Shown: positions 1-9,911 of the stretch, piece after piece
Layout of the letters: each line of letters begins with the position of its first letter
Position numbering within the stretch: position 1 is the stretch's first letter
Assembly: GCA_964291675.2 (NCBI GenBank)
Contig: OZ219866.1
Span: forward strand, 1,152,001-1,216,000
From: Alphaproteobacteria bacterium
GTDB lineage: Bacteria > Pseudomonadota > Alphaproteobacteria > MPNO01
DNA: 64,000 nt
Direction: 5' to 3'
Notes under the pieces: model-generated
What the model was told of the DNA's origin: nothing
Databases searched by the model: none
What the model saw: the letters and a program-made list of their open reading frames with translations, nothing else
Position numbers and translations under genes: made by a program

Positions 1-1059
1 TTGAGCGCGACCGAAATCGGGCTGACCATCACCGCCGCCGCCTGGGTGCGGATCGCGGCGCCCGCGCTCGCCGCCCATGTCGCCGACCGCAGGGGGCGCC
101 GGCGCTCCGTCCTGATCCTGCTCGCCGCAGCCTCGCTGGCCGCGCATCTCCTGTTCCTCGTCGCCGAGGGGTTCGCGGCGCTGCTCGCCGTCAGCATCCT
201 CGCCGCCATCGCATTCACCCCGATCATCCCGATGGGCGAGAACATGACCCTGCTGGCCAGCCGCGCCCGCCGGTTCGACTACGGAAGGGTGAGGCTGTGG
301 GGCTCGATCGCCTTCATCGCCGGCGCGGTCCTGGGCGGAAGGGCGGTCGGCGGCGCCGGGGAAGACGCGATCCTCTGGCTGGTGCTCGGCACGCTCGCGC
401 TCACCGTGCTGGCGGCGCTGGCGATGCCCGAGACCGGCTCGCCGCCGGCGCGCCGCCGGGTGCCGGTCGCCGCCCTGCTGTCGGACCCGGGCATGGTCGT
501 GTTCCTGGTCACCGCCTCGCTGATCCAGGCGAGCCATGCCGCGGCCTACGGCTTCGCGACGCTGGCGTGGCAGGCCTCCGGCATCGACGACGACGTGATC
601 GGCCTGCTCTGGGCCGAGGGCGTGCTCGCCGAGATCGTCCTGTTCGCGCTCGGCGGCGGGCTTGCCGCCAGGCTCGGCCCCGCCCGGATGCTCGCCATCG
701 CCGCGATCGCCGGGATCGTGCGCTGGGTCGGGCTCGCGGTCGAGCCCGGTCTCGGCTGGCTGGTCGCGCTCCAGGCGCTGCACGCGCTGACCTTCGGGGC
801 GGCGCATCTCGGCGCCATGCTCTACCTCGTCCGCGCCATCCCGCCGGAGCACTCGGCGAGCGCCCAGGCGCTCTATTCCGGGGCGTCGATGGGGCTGGTG
901 ATGGGCGGGGCCACGATCCTCGCCGGCGCGCTCTACGACGATGTCGGCGCGGGCGCGTTCTACGCCATGGCGGCGATGTCGGCGGGCGGGCTGGCCGGCG
1001 CGGCGCTGCTCGCCCGGATCACGCCGAGCGTTGCCCGGAGCGCAGGAAGTCGCGCCTGA
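1..1059 (+). CDS. MFS transporter (HcaT/MFS_1-like), 5' truncated by window edge
   Basis: Multiple hydrophobic helices; ADRRGRRR loop motif; DYGRVRLWGSIAF and QALHALTFGAAH typical of HcaT-like MFS. Confidence 0.85.
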   Translation: MSATEIGLTITAAAWVRIAAPALAAHVADRRGRRRSVLILLAAASLAAHLLFLVAEGFAALLAVSILAAIAFTPIIPMGENMTLLASRARRFDYGRVRLWGSIAFIAGAVLGGRAVGGAGEDAILWLVLGTLALTVLAALAMPETGSPPARRRVPVAALLSDPGMVVFLVTASLIQASHAAAYGFATLAWQASGIDDDVIGLLWAEGVLAEIVLFALGGGLAARLGPARMLAIAAIAGIVRWVGLAVEPGLGWLVALQALHALTFGAAHLGAMLYLVRAIPPEHSASAQALYSGASMGLVMGGATILAGALYDDVGAGAFYAMAAMSAGGLAGAALLARITPSVARSAGSRA

Positions 1060-1402
1060 CCTCGTAATACCCGCCGAGCCAGAGCGGGTAGTAGACGTGG
1101 TCGTCATGGGCGTCGTCGCCCTCCGGATGGACCAGCACCACCAGCCCGTCGCGGTTGTACATCAGCCAGGGCACGAACTCGGCGAACAGCGTCTTGTCGA
1201 ACGCGACCTGGAACATCGGCTCCGGGTGCGGCCCGACCGGGCGGTCGCGGAACCGGCCCATGACGATGTCGAACCCCCATCTCTCCCAGATCCGCCCGCG
1301 CAGCCGGGCCGCGGTCTCGCGCGTCTCGTCGTCATAATAGATATGGGCGTGGTAGCCGGTGACCTTCGTGTGGTCTCCGGGCGGAAAATCGGTGTCTTTC
1401 AC
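1019..1402 (-). CDS. DOPA 4,5-dioxygenase family protein
   Basis: GYHAHIYYD, VGPHP..MFQV, WLMYNR, VLVHP and DH..PLWLG motifs; probable GTG start at 1402. Confidence 0.85.
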   Translation of the reverse strand: MKDTDFPPGDHTKVTGYHAHIYYDDETRETAARLRGRIWERWGFDIVMGRFRDRPVGPHPEPMFQVAFDKTLFAEFVPWLMYNRDGLVVLVHPEGDDAHDDHVYYPLWLGGYYEVRRDFLRSGQRSA

Positions 1403-1421
1403 GATCCTGTCCTCGCCTTCG

Positions 1422-2819
1422 TCAGCCGCGCTCGTCGCGCACGCGCTTGGCCTTGAACTCGGTCTTGGGGAGGGTATCGGGCGGCAGCACCTCGACGCCC
1501 ACGCGGACTTCGCAGCGGCTGCGCACCGCCACGCCGACCGCCCCGGCGACATCCGCCGAAGCATGCTCCACCCTCAACTCCATCACGTCGAGCCCGTCCG
1601 CGTTGGTGCCGAGCACGATCTCGAACTCGTCGCCGATCCCCTCGATGGAGCGCACCGCCTGCTCGACCTGGCTCGGGAAGAATTTTACCCCGCGCAGGTT
1701 GATCAAGTCGTCGGCGCGGCCGGTGAACGATCCCATGGCGCGGACATGGGTGCGCCCGCAGGCGCAGCGCCCGGTGTCGTAGACCGTGTAGTCGCCGACC
1801 AGGAAGCGAAGCTGGGGCGAGCTCTCCGAGTTCAGCGAGGTGCAGACGGTGAGCCCGCGCTCGCCCTCGGCCACAGGAGCATGGCTGTCGGGGTCGACCA
1901 GCTCCCAGATCTGCACGTCCTCCTTGAGGTGGGTGAAGGTGGTCTCGCCCGGCCGCACCGAGGCCTCGCAGGAATAGCCCCCGACATGCGGCGAGACCTC
2001 GGTGCAGCCGTAGAACTCGACCACCCGGCAGCCCCAGAGCTCCTCCAGCCGCTCGCGCGTGCGGTCGATCCCCATCGCCGGCTCGCCGCCGGTGAACAGG
2101 GTGCGGACCGCGCTCGCGCGCGGGTCGAGCCCGAGCCGTTGCATGGTGCGCCCGAGATAGAGCGCGTAGGACGGCGTGCCGGCGATCACCGTCGGCCGGA
2201 AACGGGCGATCACCCGGGCGCGCGCCTCGGCATCCATGCCGCCGCCCGGAATGACTGCAATTCCCATCCGCGCGAACGCATACATCGCCCCCCAGATCCA
2301 CACATGCGGGCCGAAGCCGACCATCGGGAACACGCTGTCGCCGCGCCTGATGCCCATGGAATAGAGCGCCCGGGCGTTGGCCCACTCCCAGTAGGAGCGG
2401 TCGATATGGGTGTAGCGGAAGACCCGCGGCACGCCGGTGCTGCCGGAGGACGAGAACAGCATCCAGCCGCGATCGGCCCATTCCGCCTCGCCGATCGTCG
2501 AATAGGTGCCGTAGGGCGGGTTCCCGGTCGCGTCCTCCATCATCTCCGACTTGTCGACCACCGGCCATTTCCCGAGATCGTCGACCGTCCGGATGTCGGT
2601 CGGCGCGAGACCGAGCCGGTCGAAGCGCCGGCGGTAGAAGGCGCTGTTCTCGTAGAGGAAGGGGGTGAGCGCCTGGAGCTTGTCGTTCTGGATGGCGATG
2701 AGCTCGTCGCGCGAGCAGGTCTCCAGCGCCTCCGACCAGTATCTCTCGCTCGCCGGCGCGTCCGTATCGCGCCGGTGGCGTTCGAGGGTTTCGAGCCAGA
2801 TCCGGCGGGTCCTGTCCAT
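1422..2819 (-). CDS. Phenylacetate-CoA ligase (PaaK)-like AMP-binding enzyme
   Basis: SSSGSTGVP P-loop, YGCTE, CACGRT, GRADDLINLRGVKFFPSQVE. Confidence 0.85.
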   Translation of the reverse strand: MDRTRRIWLETLERHRRDTDAPASERYWSEALETCSRDELIAIQNDKLQALTPFLYENSAFYRRRFDRLGLAPTDIRTVDDLGKWPVVDKSEMMEDATGNPPYGTYSTIGEAEWADRGWMLFSSSGSTGVPRVFRYTHIDRSYWEWANARALYSMGIRRGDSVFPMVGFGPHVWIWGAMYAFARMGIAVIPGGGMDAEARARVIARFRPTVIAGTPSYALYLGRTMQRLGLDPRASAVRTLFTGGEPAMGIDRTRERLEELWGCRVVEFYGCTEVSPHVGGYSCEASVRPGETTFTHLKEDVQIWELVDPDSHAPVAEGERGLTVCTSLNSESSPQLRFLVGDYTVYDTGRCACGRTHVRAMGSFTGRADDLINLRGVKFFPSQVEQAVRSIEGIGDEFEIVLGTNADGLDVMELRVEHASADVAGAVGVAVRSRCEVRVGVEVLPPDTLPKTEFKAKRVRDERG

Positions 2820-3877
2820 TACGCCTTGCGCCGGTTGCCGTCGAGCCAGCTATCGACAAGGCGAACGGTCTCGTCGACGGTGTCGTTGCGCATCCCCTTC
2901 TGGGCGGCGAGCGCCTGCACCAGCCGGTCGGCGCGCTCGATATTGACCGCCCCGCCATCGAGCGCCCGAGCCGCCGAGGACGGCCGGATCAGCCCGTCCG
3001 CGGCGGCGGCGTATTTCTCGAACGGCACCAGATCGCCGACGCCCGCGCCGAGCGCGCGGCACACATCGCAGACCCAGCCGTAGACGCTTCGCGACAGCGC
3101 GAGGTCGTCGTGCACCGCCTCGCGGATCGGCCGCATGCCGTCCTTCTCGACGCAGCGATAGTTGCCGGTCAGCAGCATCGCCCATTTGGCGAGCGGCACG
3201 AAGATCGAGTCGTGCACCTTGAGCTTCACCGGCAGCGCGATCTCGCCCTCGCCGTCGTCGAAGGTAGCGGCCTCGATGTCGGCCTGGAGGCCGCGCAACA
3301 GCGCCGTCGAGTCCTCCGAATCGAACCGCGCCGCCTTGAAATTGGTCGGCAGGGTGACCTGCAGCACGTTGGTCTTCTCGTCCGGCGGCCGGAAGGCCTG
3401 CGGGTCGGGGCTGCACAGCGTGATGCGCGGCGGCTCGAAGCCGTCCCACACCGATGCGTCGGTGTAGCAATCGGCGAGCGCGCCGGCGTCGATGCCCGGA
3501 ATCCGCCTGACATAGGCGAGCGGCGGCATGTTCATGATCGACATCACCGGCTTTTTCGATGTCGCCACCTTGTCGAGCAGCTCGCGGACGCCGGGCGCGC
3601 GGTATTGCGGCTCCTGCATGGCGAGCACGATCAGGTCGTACTCGGCGGGGTCGATTTCGGCCGGCGTCGCCGCCGAGAGCCTGCCCGGGAGCTTGCCCGA
3701 ATGCACCTCGACAAGTCCGTCGCGGCCCTTCGCCGGCATGCGGACAAGCTGCCCCTCGCCGTTGATCAGCGCCGCCTCGTCCGGCAGGCAGACCAGCTTC
3801 GCGTCGTGCCCGGCGAGCAGCAGCTTGATCGCGAGCAGGGAGCCGTAGGACGCTCCCATGATCATCGTGGCGGTCAT
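2819..3877 (-). CDS. Conserved protein with ketopantoate reductase-like Rossmann N-terminus
   Basis: ATG 3877 after GGAGG RBS; IMGASYGSLL nucleotide-binding-like start; 1-bp overlap with next gene. Confidence 0.6.
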   Translation of the reverse strand: MTATMIMGASYGSLLAIKLLLAGHDAKLVCLPDEAALINGEGQLVRMPAKGRDGLVEVHSGKLPGRLSAATPAEIDPAEYDLIVLAMQEPQYRAPGVRELLDKVATSKKPVMSIMNMPPLAYVRRIPGIDAGALADCYTDASVWDGFEPPRITLCSPDPQAFRPPDEKTNVLQVTLPTNFKAARFDSEDSTALLRGLQADIEAATFDDGEGEIALPVKLKVHDSIFVPLAKWAMLLTGNYRCVEKDGMRPIREAVHDDLALSRSVYGWVCDVCRALGAGVGDLVPFEKYAAAADGLIRPSSAARALDGGAVNIERADRLVQALAAQKGMRNDTVDETVRLVDSWLDGNRRKA

Positions 3878-3894
3878 CGGCGCCTCCTCCCGGT

Positions 3895-4886
3895 TCAGTA
3901 TTCCAGCACCGGATCGACGCGGTTCTCCAGCGGCTCGCCGGCGAGGAAGCGGCGCATGTTCTCGAAGAACAGATCGAGCGTGCGCGGGATGTAGAGCTCG
4001 CTGTCGTCCGACGAGCAGTGCGGCGTGACGATCAGGTTGGGGGTCCGCCAGAGCGGCGAGTCGGCGGGCAGCGGCTCGGGGTCGAACACGTCGAGCACGG
4101 CGCTGATCTCGCGCCGCTCCAGCCGCCGGCGCAGCGCCTCGTAGTCGACCACCCGGGCGCGGCCGTAATTGACGATGCCGCCGCCCGGCCGGATCGCCGC
4201 GATCTCCGCCGCGCCGATCAGGTGGCGGGTGTGCGCCGTGGCCGGCGCGGTGGCGATGATGTAGTCGGCGCGCGGGATCAGCTCCGCGAGCGCCTCCGGG
4301 CCGTGCATCTCGTCGACCGCCGGGTGCGGTTGCGCGGTCCGGCGCACGCCGAGCACCCGCATGCCGAAACGCCTGGCCCATTCGGCGACGCTGCCGCCGA
4401 CGCTCCCCACCCCCACCACCAGCAGGGTCTTGCCGGCGATGCCGGTGTTGAAGGTCTGCTGCCAGCGCCCGGCGCGCTGATGGGTGACCATCTCCGGCAC
4501 CCGGTTGTTCAGCATCAGCACCGCCATGATGGCGTATTCGGCCGCCCGCGCGCCGTGCACGCCGCGGTTGTTGGTGAAGGTCACGTGTTCGGGCAGCCAG
4601 TCGAAGGGCGTGAATGCTCGACGCCGGCGCCGGTCGCGTGGATCCAGCGCAGCCTCGGCGCCCGCTCGGCGATGTTGCGGTGGTCGATGTCCCAGCACAC
4701 CAGCGCGTCCGCATCGGCGATCTGGCGGTCGAAATCGGCGTTGTCGTAGCCGATGCTGCAATCGAGCCTGTCGGCGAGGTCGGGAAAGCGGGTGAACGCG
4801 GCCTGGAGCCGGTCCTCGGTCACCTCGAAGACGGCGCCGAGGCTCGAATCGTTCTCGATGTGCAGGCGGGTGCGGGCGGGATGCAT
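3895..4886 (-). pseudogene. D-2-hydroxyacid dehydrogenase with a 1-bp frameshift near 4613 (pseudogene or sequencing error)
   Basis: N-part (..LRWIHATGAGVEH) and C-part (FTPFDWLP..GVGSVG..NYGR..DVFDPEPL..TPH) lie in different frames; span of 992 bp is one short of a codon multiple. Confidence 0.8.
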
Positions 4887-4896
4887 GAAGACGCCT

Positions 4897-6036
4897 CTAC
4901 CGGACGGTGCGTTCGACCCACCACCGGGCGAGCTCAGGCACCAGCGGTTCGAGATGGGAGAACCGGCCGCGCGGGGCGAGCGGCGATCTGAGCCCGCGCT
5001 GCTGCAAGGCGGCGACGGCGTTGTCTTCCGCGAGCGTGGTGTCCCAGCGCTTGTAGTAATAGGCCACCTTCTCCTCGAAATCGGGCCGCGCGACGGTCGT
5101 CTTCGGGAAGCAGGCGCCGTGGATCACCCGCGTCCGGTTGGGGCCCTGCGGCTGGAGCTCCAGATACCAGATCGAATCGAGCGTCATGCCGAGCATGGTC
5201 GAGGGGTTGAGGCAGACGTAGTTGGTGCCCATCGCGGCGCGGCCCTCCAGCCCCTCGATATGCGGCAGCTCGTGCTGCAAATCCTCGATCAGCAGCGAGC
5301 GGGTGTGCGCGTCGTGGTGCTCGCGGATGTCGAGCCAGGCGCCCTCGGTGGGCGCGGCCGAGTGCTCCATCTCCTTGGGGTTGAGCGTCGCGCCGTGGAC
5401 CATCGGCAGGTGGTACTCCTCCATCGCGTTCTCGATATGCACCTTCCAGTTGCAGTCGACCTCGTGTACCCGCTTGCGCACCAGGGCGAGCTCGTCGAGG
5501 CGGTAGGACGCCATCAGCTCCGGAAAGTTGCCGAGATAGTCGGCGAGCGGCGGCGCGTCGTCGTCGAAGTTGACGAAGACGAAGCAGCCGCAAATCTCCA
5601 GCCGCAGCCGGCGCAGCCCGTAGCGGGCGGGATCGAAATCGCGCGCCCGCTCCATCCCGGGCGCGCTGTGCAGCCCGCCGTCGAGGTCGTAGACCCAGCC
5701 GTGATAGGGGCAGGTGAAGGCGCGGCAATTGCCCTCGCCGTCGGCCACCGGGGTGCCGCGGTGGCGGCAGTTGTTGGCGAACGCCCGGATCTCCCCGTCC
5801 CCGCCGCGCACCACGAGTATCGGGACGCCGACATAGTCGACCGCGATGTAGTCGCCGGGCGCCGCCACCTGGTCGACATGGCCGAAGAAGTTCCAGGTCT
5901 GCGAGAACAGGTTCTGGACTTCGAGCCGGTAGTACTCCTCGGAGGTGTAGCACCACGCCGGCAGGGACTCGGCCTCCTCGACCGGCCTGAAGACGCCGTC
6001 GAAGGTGGAACGGTCGATCGTCGGGGTCTCGAACAT
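4897..6036 (-). CDS. Rieske non-heme iron oxygenase alpha subunit (choline monooxygenase-like group)
   Basis: CRHRG..CPYHGW Rieske motif; NWK..EN.MEEYHLPMVH iron-binding motif. Confidence 0.9.
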   Translation of the reverse strand: MFETPTIDRSTFDGVFRPVEEAESLPAWCYTSEEYYRLEVQNLFSQTWNFFGHVDQVAAPGDYIAVDYVGVPILVVRGGDGEIRAFANNCRHRGTPVADGEGNCRAFTCPYHGWVYDLDGGLHSAPGMERARDFDPARYGLRRLRLEICGCFVFVNFDDDAPPLADYLGNFPELMASYRLDELALVRKRVHEVDCNWKVHIENAMEEYHLPMVHGATLNPKEMEHSAAPTEGAWLDIREHHDAHTRSLLIEDLQHELPHIEGLEGRAAMGTNYVCLNPSTMLGMTLDSIWYLELQPQGPNRTRVIHGACFPKTTVARPDFEEKVAYYYKRWDTTLAEDNAVAALQQRGLRSPLAPRGRFSHLEPLVPELARWWVERTVR

Positions 6037-6140
6037 CGACTTCTTTCCTCGATGTGCGGAACTTTCCCGGAAAGGCTAGCCAAATCCCCCTCTCCGGTCC
6101 AATGATGCGCATCGAGAGGCTTCTTCGCGGGAGGGAAGAG

Positions 6141-6896
6141 ATGGCGACCTTCGTCCTGGTGCACGGCGCATGGCATGGCGGCTGGTGCTGGCGCGACGTG
6201 CGCGCGATCCTGCGCGCGCGGGGGCACGAGGTGTTCACCCCGACGCTGACCGGGCTCGGCGAGCGCTCGCATCTGCTGTCCCGCGACATCGGCATGGACA
6301 CCCACGTCGCCGACGTGGCCAACGTGATCGTCTGGGAGGAGCTCGACGGCGTCGTGCTGGTCGGCCACTCCTATGGCGGCAGCGTGATCACCGGGGTCGC
6401 CGACCGCATGAAGGACCGGCTGGCGCATGCGGTCTATCTCGATGCCTTCGTGCCCGAGGACGGCGACAGCTCCGCCTCGATGGCGGTAACCGTCGCCAAC
6501 CGCGACGCGACCGAGGCGGATATCGGCGCCGAGATCAAGCGCCGCCTCGACATGACCGACGAGCGCGGCGGTTCGGCGACGCATTACACCAACATGTTCG
6601 ACATCCCCAAACACCCGCCCGAGCCCTATCGCTGGGTCGAACGGCGCATCACGCGGCATCCGGTGCGCACCCAGATCGAGCCGATCCGGCTCAAGAACGG
6701 CGGCTCGGACGGGCTGCCGCGGACCTATATCCTGTGTGCCGGCTCGGAGGGGCCGGCACCGTTCAGGATCCTCGCCGAGCGGTTCCGGGACGACCCGACC
6801 TGGCGCTGCCGCGAGCTGCCCACCGGCCACGACGCGATGGTGACCATGCCGCGGGAAACCGCGGAGCTGCTGATCGAGGCGGCGGAGGCTTCCTGA
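6141..6896 (+). CDS. Alpha/beta fold hydrolase (esterase)
   Basis: VLVHGAWHGGWCW, GHSYGG nucleophile elbow, C-terminal GHD. Confidence 0.9.
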   Translation: MATFVLVHGAWHGGWCWRDVRAILRARGHEVFTPTLTGLGERSHLLSRDIGMDTHVADVANVIVWEELDGVVLVGHSYGGSVITGVADRMKDRLAHAVYLDAFVPEDGDSSASMAVTVANRDATEADIGAEIKRRLDMTDERGGSATHYTNMFDIPKHPPEPYRWVERRITRHPVRTQIEPIRLKNGGSDGLPRTYILCAGSEGPAPFRILAERFRDDPTWRCRELPTGHDAMVTMPRETAELLIEAAEAS

Positions 6897-7412
6897 ATGG
6901 GGGCCGACGACACCCCGCTCGGCAGCGAGATCGTCGATGCGCTGAAGGCGGCCGGGGTCGGGCATGTGGCGGCGCTGCCCGACATCGTCACCAGCGCCGG
7001 CATATTGTGGCGGCTCGCGGACGATCCCGACATCCGCCTGATCCGGCTCTGCAAGGAGGACGAGGGGGTGTCGATCTGCGCCGCGCTGTCCTATTGCGAC
7101 AAGCGGGCGGCGCTGCTGATGCAGCAGACCGGGCTGATGGATTCGCTGAACGCGATCCGCGCCACTGCGGTCGAGTACGGGCTGCCGGTCTGCATGGTGG
7201 TCGGGCTGCTCGGCAAGGAGCCCGACCGCCCGGCGTCGGACTCGGCGAGCTACGGGGTGCGGATCGTCGAGCCGGTGTTGGACGCGATGGGGATCGACCG
7301 CATCTCCATCGAGACCTCTTCCGATGTCGCCGGGCTCGCGCCCGCGATCGAGAGGGCCTATGCCCAATCCCGCCCGGTGGTCGCGCTGATCGGACGGAGG
7401 ATCGAGCGTTGA
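6897..7412 (+). CDS. ThDP-dependent decarboxylase, PYR/alpha subunit (ComD/phosphonopyruvate decarboxylase-like)
   Basis: LPD..; CKEDEGVSICA with catalytic Glu; LMQQTGL.DSLNA. Confidence 0.8.
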   Translation: MGADDTPLGSEIVDALKAAGVGHVAALPDIVTSAGILWRLADDPDIRLIRLCKEDEGVSICAALSYCDKRAALLMQQTGLMDSLNAIRATAVEYGLPVCMVVGLLGKEPDRPASDSASYGVRIVEPVLDAMGIDRISIETSSDVAGLAPAIERAYAQSRPVVALIGRRIER

Positions 7413-7999
7413 TGCGCCGCGACGAATGCTTCCGCAAGCTCGCCGAGCACCGTGGCGAGGCCATCGTGGTCGCGGCCTATACGTCCGCCTTCGAGTGGGT
7501 GGCGATCGACCCGAGCCCGCTCAACTACGTCAGCGTGGGCGCGATGGGCCAGGCCTCGTCGCACGCGCTCGGCCTCGCCATCGGGCTGCCCGACCGCAGG
7601 ATCGTCGTGCTCGACGGCGACGGCTCGCTCCTGATGAATCTCGGCAGCCTGGTCACCATCGCCGAGGCGGGGCCGGAGAACCTGGTCCATTTCGTGGTCG
7701 AGAACGGCACCTACGAGGCCAATGGCGGCCACCCGATCCCCGGCCGGGGGCGGGTCGACTTCGCCGGCTTCGCGCGCGATGCCGGCTACCGGGAGGTGCA
7801 CCGCTTCGACGGGCTCAACCGGTTCTCGGCGATGCTCCCCGATCTCCTCGCCGCCAAGGGTCCGGTCTTCGGCTGCCTCAAGGTGGAGCCCGGCCCGCCG
7901 CCCCAATACGACTACGACATGCTCCACAGCGCCCGCATGCGCGAAGCCTTCCGGGACGCGATCCGCCCGTTCCGCGGCGGCGGGGCGCGGACGGGGTAG
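7412..7999 (+). CDS. ThDP-dependent decarboxylase, PP/beta subunit (ComE-like)
   Basis: TGATG coupling; GAMGQASS; DGDGSLLMN...ENG ThDP-binding motif. Confidence 0.85.
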   Translation: MRRDECFRKLAEHRGEAIVVAAYTSAFEWVAIDPSPLNYVSVGAMGQASSHALGLAIGLPDRRIVVLDGDGSLLMNLGSLVTIAEAGPENLVHFVVENGTYEANGGHPIPGRGRVDFAGFARDAGYREVHRFDGLNRFSAMLPDLLAAKGPVFGCLKVEPGPPPQYDYDMLHSARMREAFRDAIRPFRGGGARTG

Positions 8000-8001
8000 A
8001 G

Positions 8002-8430
8002 TCAGGCGAGCGGGTTGGTCCACCTGAGACCGGGAAACCGCGCCATGTCCGCATCGGTGGAGTGAAGCTCGGCCTGATGCTCGATCGCCAGGGCCGCGAG
8101 GTGGGCGTCCGTCGTCAGGTTGCCGGCCGAGCCCACCGCCTCGAGAAGAGCGAACAGAATGTCCGCATGGCGGTCTCCCGGGTGAACGATTACCGTCTGC
8201 GGTCTGCCGAGCCAGGCTCGAACGCGCGCGCAGGCGCTACCGACGGCGAGCGGCTGGTCGAGAATCCTCGGGTTCGTGGCGATGCGGATGAACCCCAGGA
8301 TTGCCACCCAGGGAAGACCGACGCTGCCGGCCCCGTTCATCAGGCCTTCCCACCATAGTCGCGCCGCCTCGTGCCGAGGGGACTGCGAATCGTGGGCATG
8401 CAGCAACAGGTTTACGTCGGGAACGATCAC
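8002..8430 (-). CDS. vapC: VapC-family PIN domain toxin
   Basis: PDVNLLLHA, GNLTTDAHLAALAIEH, STDADMARFPGL. Confidence 0.9.
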   Translation of the reverse strand: MIVPDVNLLLHAHDSQSPRHEAARLWWEGLMNGAGSVGLPWVAILGFIRIATNPRILDQPLAVGSACARVRAWLGRPQTVIVHPGDRHADILFALLEAVGSAGNLTTDAHLAALAIEHQAELHSTDADMARFPGLRWTNPLA

Positions 8431-8687
8431 CGACCGTACCGGCCCGCTATCCCGTCGGCCTCCATCTCGTCGAGCAACTGGTTGAGCCGGTCCCTGTCAA
8501 CGCCCGGCTTCAGGCCGAACGCGTGGGGCTCCACCCTGTAGCGAGGCGACCGCGGCGGCTTCCCCCGAACGCCGAGCCCAAGACGCAAGGCGTCGTTGAC
8601 GACCGCCTTCATGCTCCTGTCGCTGCGCCGCATTTCGTGCCGGAGAACCTGCGCGACATCCGGATCGAGCGTCAATGTGGTCCGCAT
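8427..8687 (-). CDS. vapB: VapB-type RHH antitoxin
   Basis: MRTTLTLDPDVA..VVNDALRLGL; 4-bp overlap with vapC. Confidence 0.85.
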   Translation of the reverse strand: MRTTLTLDPDVAQVLRHEMRRSDRSMKAVVNDALRLGLGVRGKPPRSPRYRVEPHAFGLKPGVDRDRLNQLLDEMEADGIAGRYGR

Positions 8688-8694
8688 GGATGGC

Positions 8695-8723
8695 AGCATG
8701 ATGCACTCATCTGCTGATGTCAA
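8695..8723 (-). promoter_or_regulatory. Sigma70-like promoter of vapBC (TTGACA-17-CATGCT), probably leaderless
   Basis: Perfect -35 with 17-nt spacer; -10-like hexamer ends 7 nt before ATG 8687. Confidence 0.6.
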
Positions 8724-8772
8724 GATGCTAGAGTTTCCGCTTCCGGCAAACCGCCCGGACGCCAGCCGCGGC

Positions 8773-9822
8773 TCAGCCCAGCCCGTAGAGCGCCCTGGCG
8801 TTGTCGTCGAGGATCTTGTCGACCACGCGCGGCTCGACCCGCCCGTCCTGCTTCAGGAGACGCAGCGCCTCGATCTCGGTCGCCGTGTCGGCATGGCCGT
8901 AATCGGTGCCGATCACCAGATGGTCCTCGCCGGCATAGCCCAGCACATAGGGCAGGTCGTCGGTCACCTGGCAGGCGACCCAGATGTTGTGGCGCCGCAG
9001 CACGTCTTGGCCGAGCTCCTTGCCCTTCCGCCTGAAGCGGATCGAGAGGTCGTTGATCACATAGGGCACCCACTGGCTCGACACCTCGATGAAGCCCCAG
9101 CGCACGCCGGGGAAGCGGTCCGGGATCGCGTGATAGACCAGGGTGTGGAAGGCGCCGATGGTCGCCAGCTTGAACTTCGAGAACCCGGAATCGTCGAGGA
9201 AGAAGCGGTGCATCGTCGGGCTGTTGGTCGCCGAGTGGATGCAGACCGGCAGGTCGCGCGCCTCGGCCGCCTCGTAGACCGGGAAGAAATAGGGGTCGTT
9301 CAGCGTGCGGTCGCATTCGAGGCCGCGCAGGAAGATGCCGACGGCCCCGTTCTCCTGCGCGAAGTCGAGCTCCTCGTCGAGCCTGTCCATCGCCAAGAGC
9401 GGCGGCGACATCACCCAGCGCAGCCGGTCGGGCGCCTGGCGCCAGATATCGGCGAGCCAGCGATTGTAGCTCCGGCTCAGCGCGAGCTCGACGCCGGCCT
9501 TCATGGTGATCGGCCTGAGGAACAGCGTCGGATACAGCACCTGGATGTCGACCCCGAGCCGGTCCATATGGGCGAGCCTGCCCGGAATGTCGCGCATCTC
9601 GCGCGTATCCACCGTGGTGTCGCTGCCGACATTGTCCTCCTTGGGCAGGATCGAGCCGTCGATCACCCAGTATTCCTCGATCGCCTGGCCTTCGAGCCCG
9701 CGGTCCTGCGCGCCGGAGGCGCGGGTGACGACCATCGGGGTGCAGCCCCGCTCGTCGTCGCGCAGATAGCGCCAGGTGTCCGGCGTCTCCAGGACATGGG
9801 CATCGGCATCGATCGTCGTCAT
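8773..9822 (-). CDS. Amidohydrolase_2 family protein
   Basis: IDADAHVLE metal motif, IH, GTDYGHAD. Confidence 0.85.
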   Translation of the reverse strand: MTTIDADAHVLETPDTWRYLRDDERGCTPMVVTRASGAQDRGLEGQAIEEYWVIDGSILPKEDNVGSDTTVDTREMRDIPGRLAHMDRLGVDIQVLYPTLFLRPITMKAGVELALSRSYNRWLADIWRQAPDRLRWVMSPPLLAMDRLDEELDFAQENGAVGIFLRGLECDRTLNDPYFFPVYEAAEARDLPVCIHSATNSPTMHRFFLDDSGFSKFKLATIGAFHTLVYHAIPDRFPGVRWGFIEVSSQWVPYVINDLSIRFRRKGKELGQDVLRRHNIWVACQVTDDLPYVLGYAGEDHLVIGTDYGHADTATEIEALRLLKQDGRVEPRVVDKILDDNARALYGLG

Positions 9823-9911
9823 CGCCAACCTCGCGCTTGCTCGTCCGGACGCCATCTTGCGTCCTCCGCCGGGGTCTGGCAACGCGCCGGCGCGGACGCC
9901 ACAATCGGCGC

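Noticed and set aside
4600-4625. Programmed ribosomal frameshift
   Set aside because: No slippery sequence, and no precedent known to me in this family
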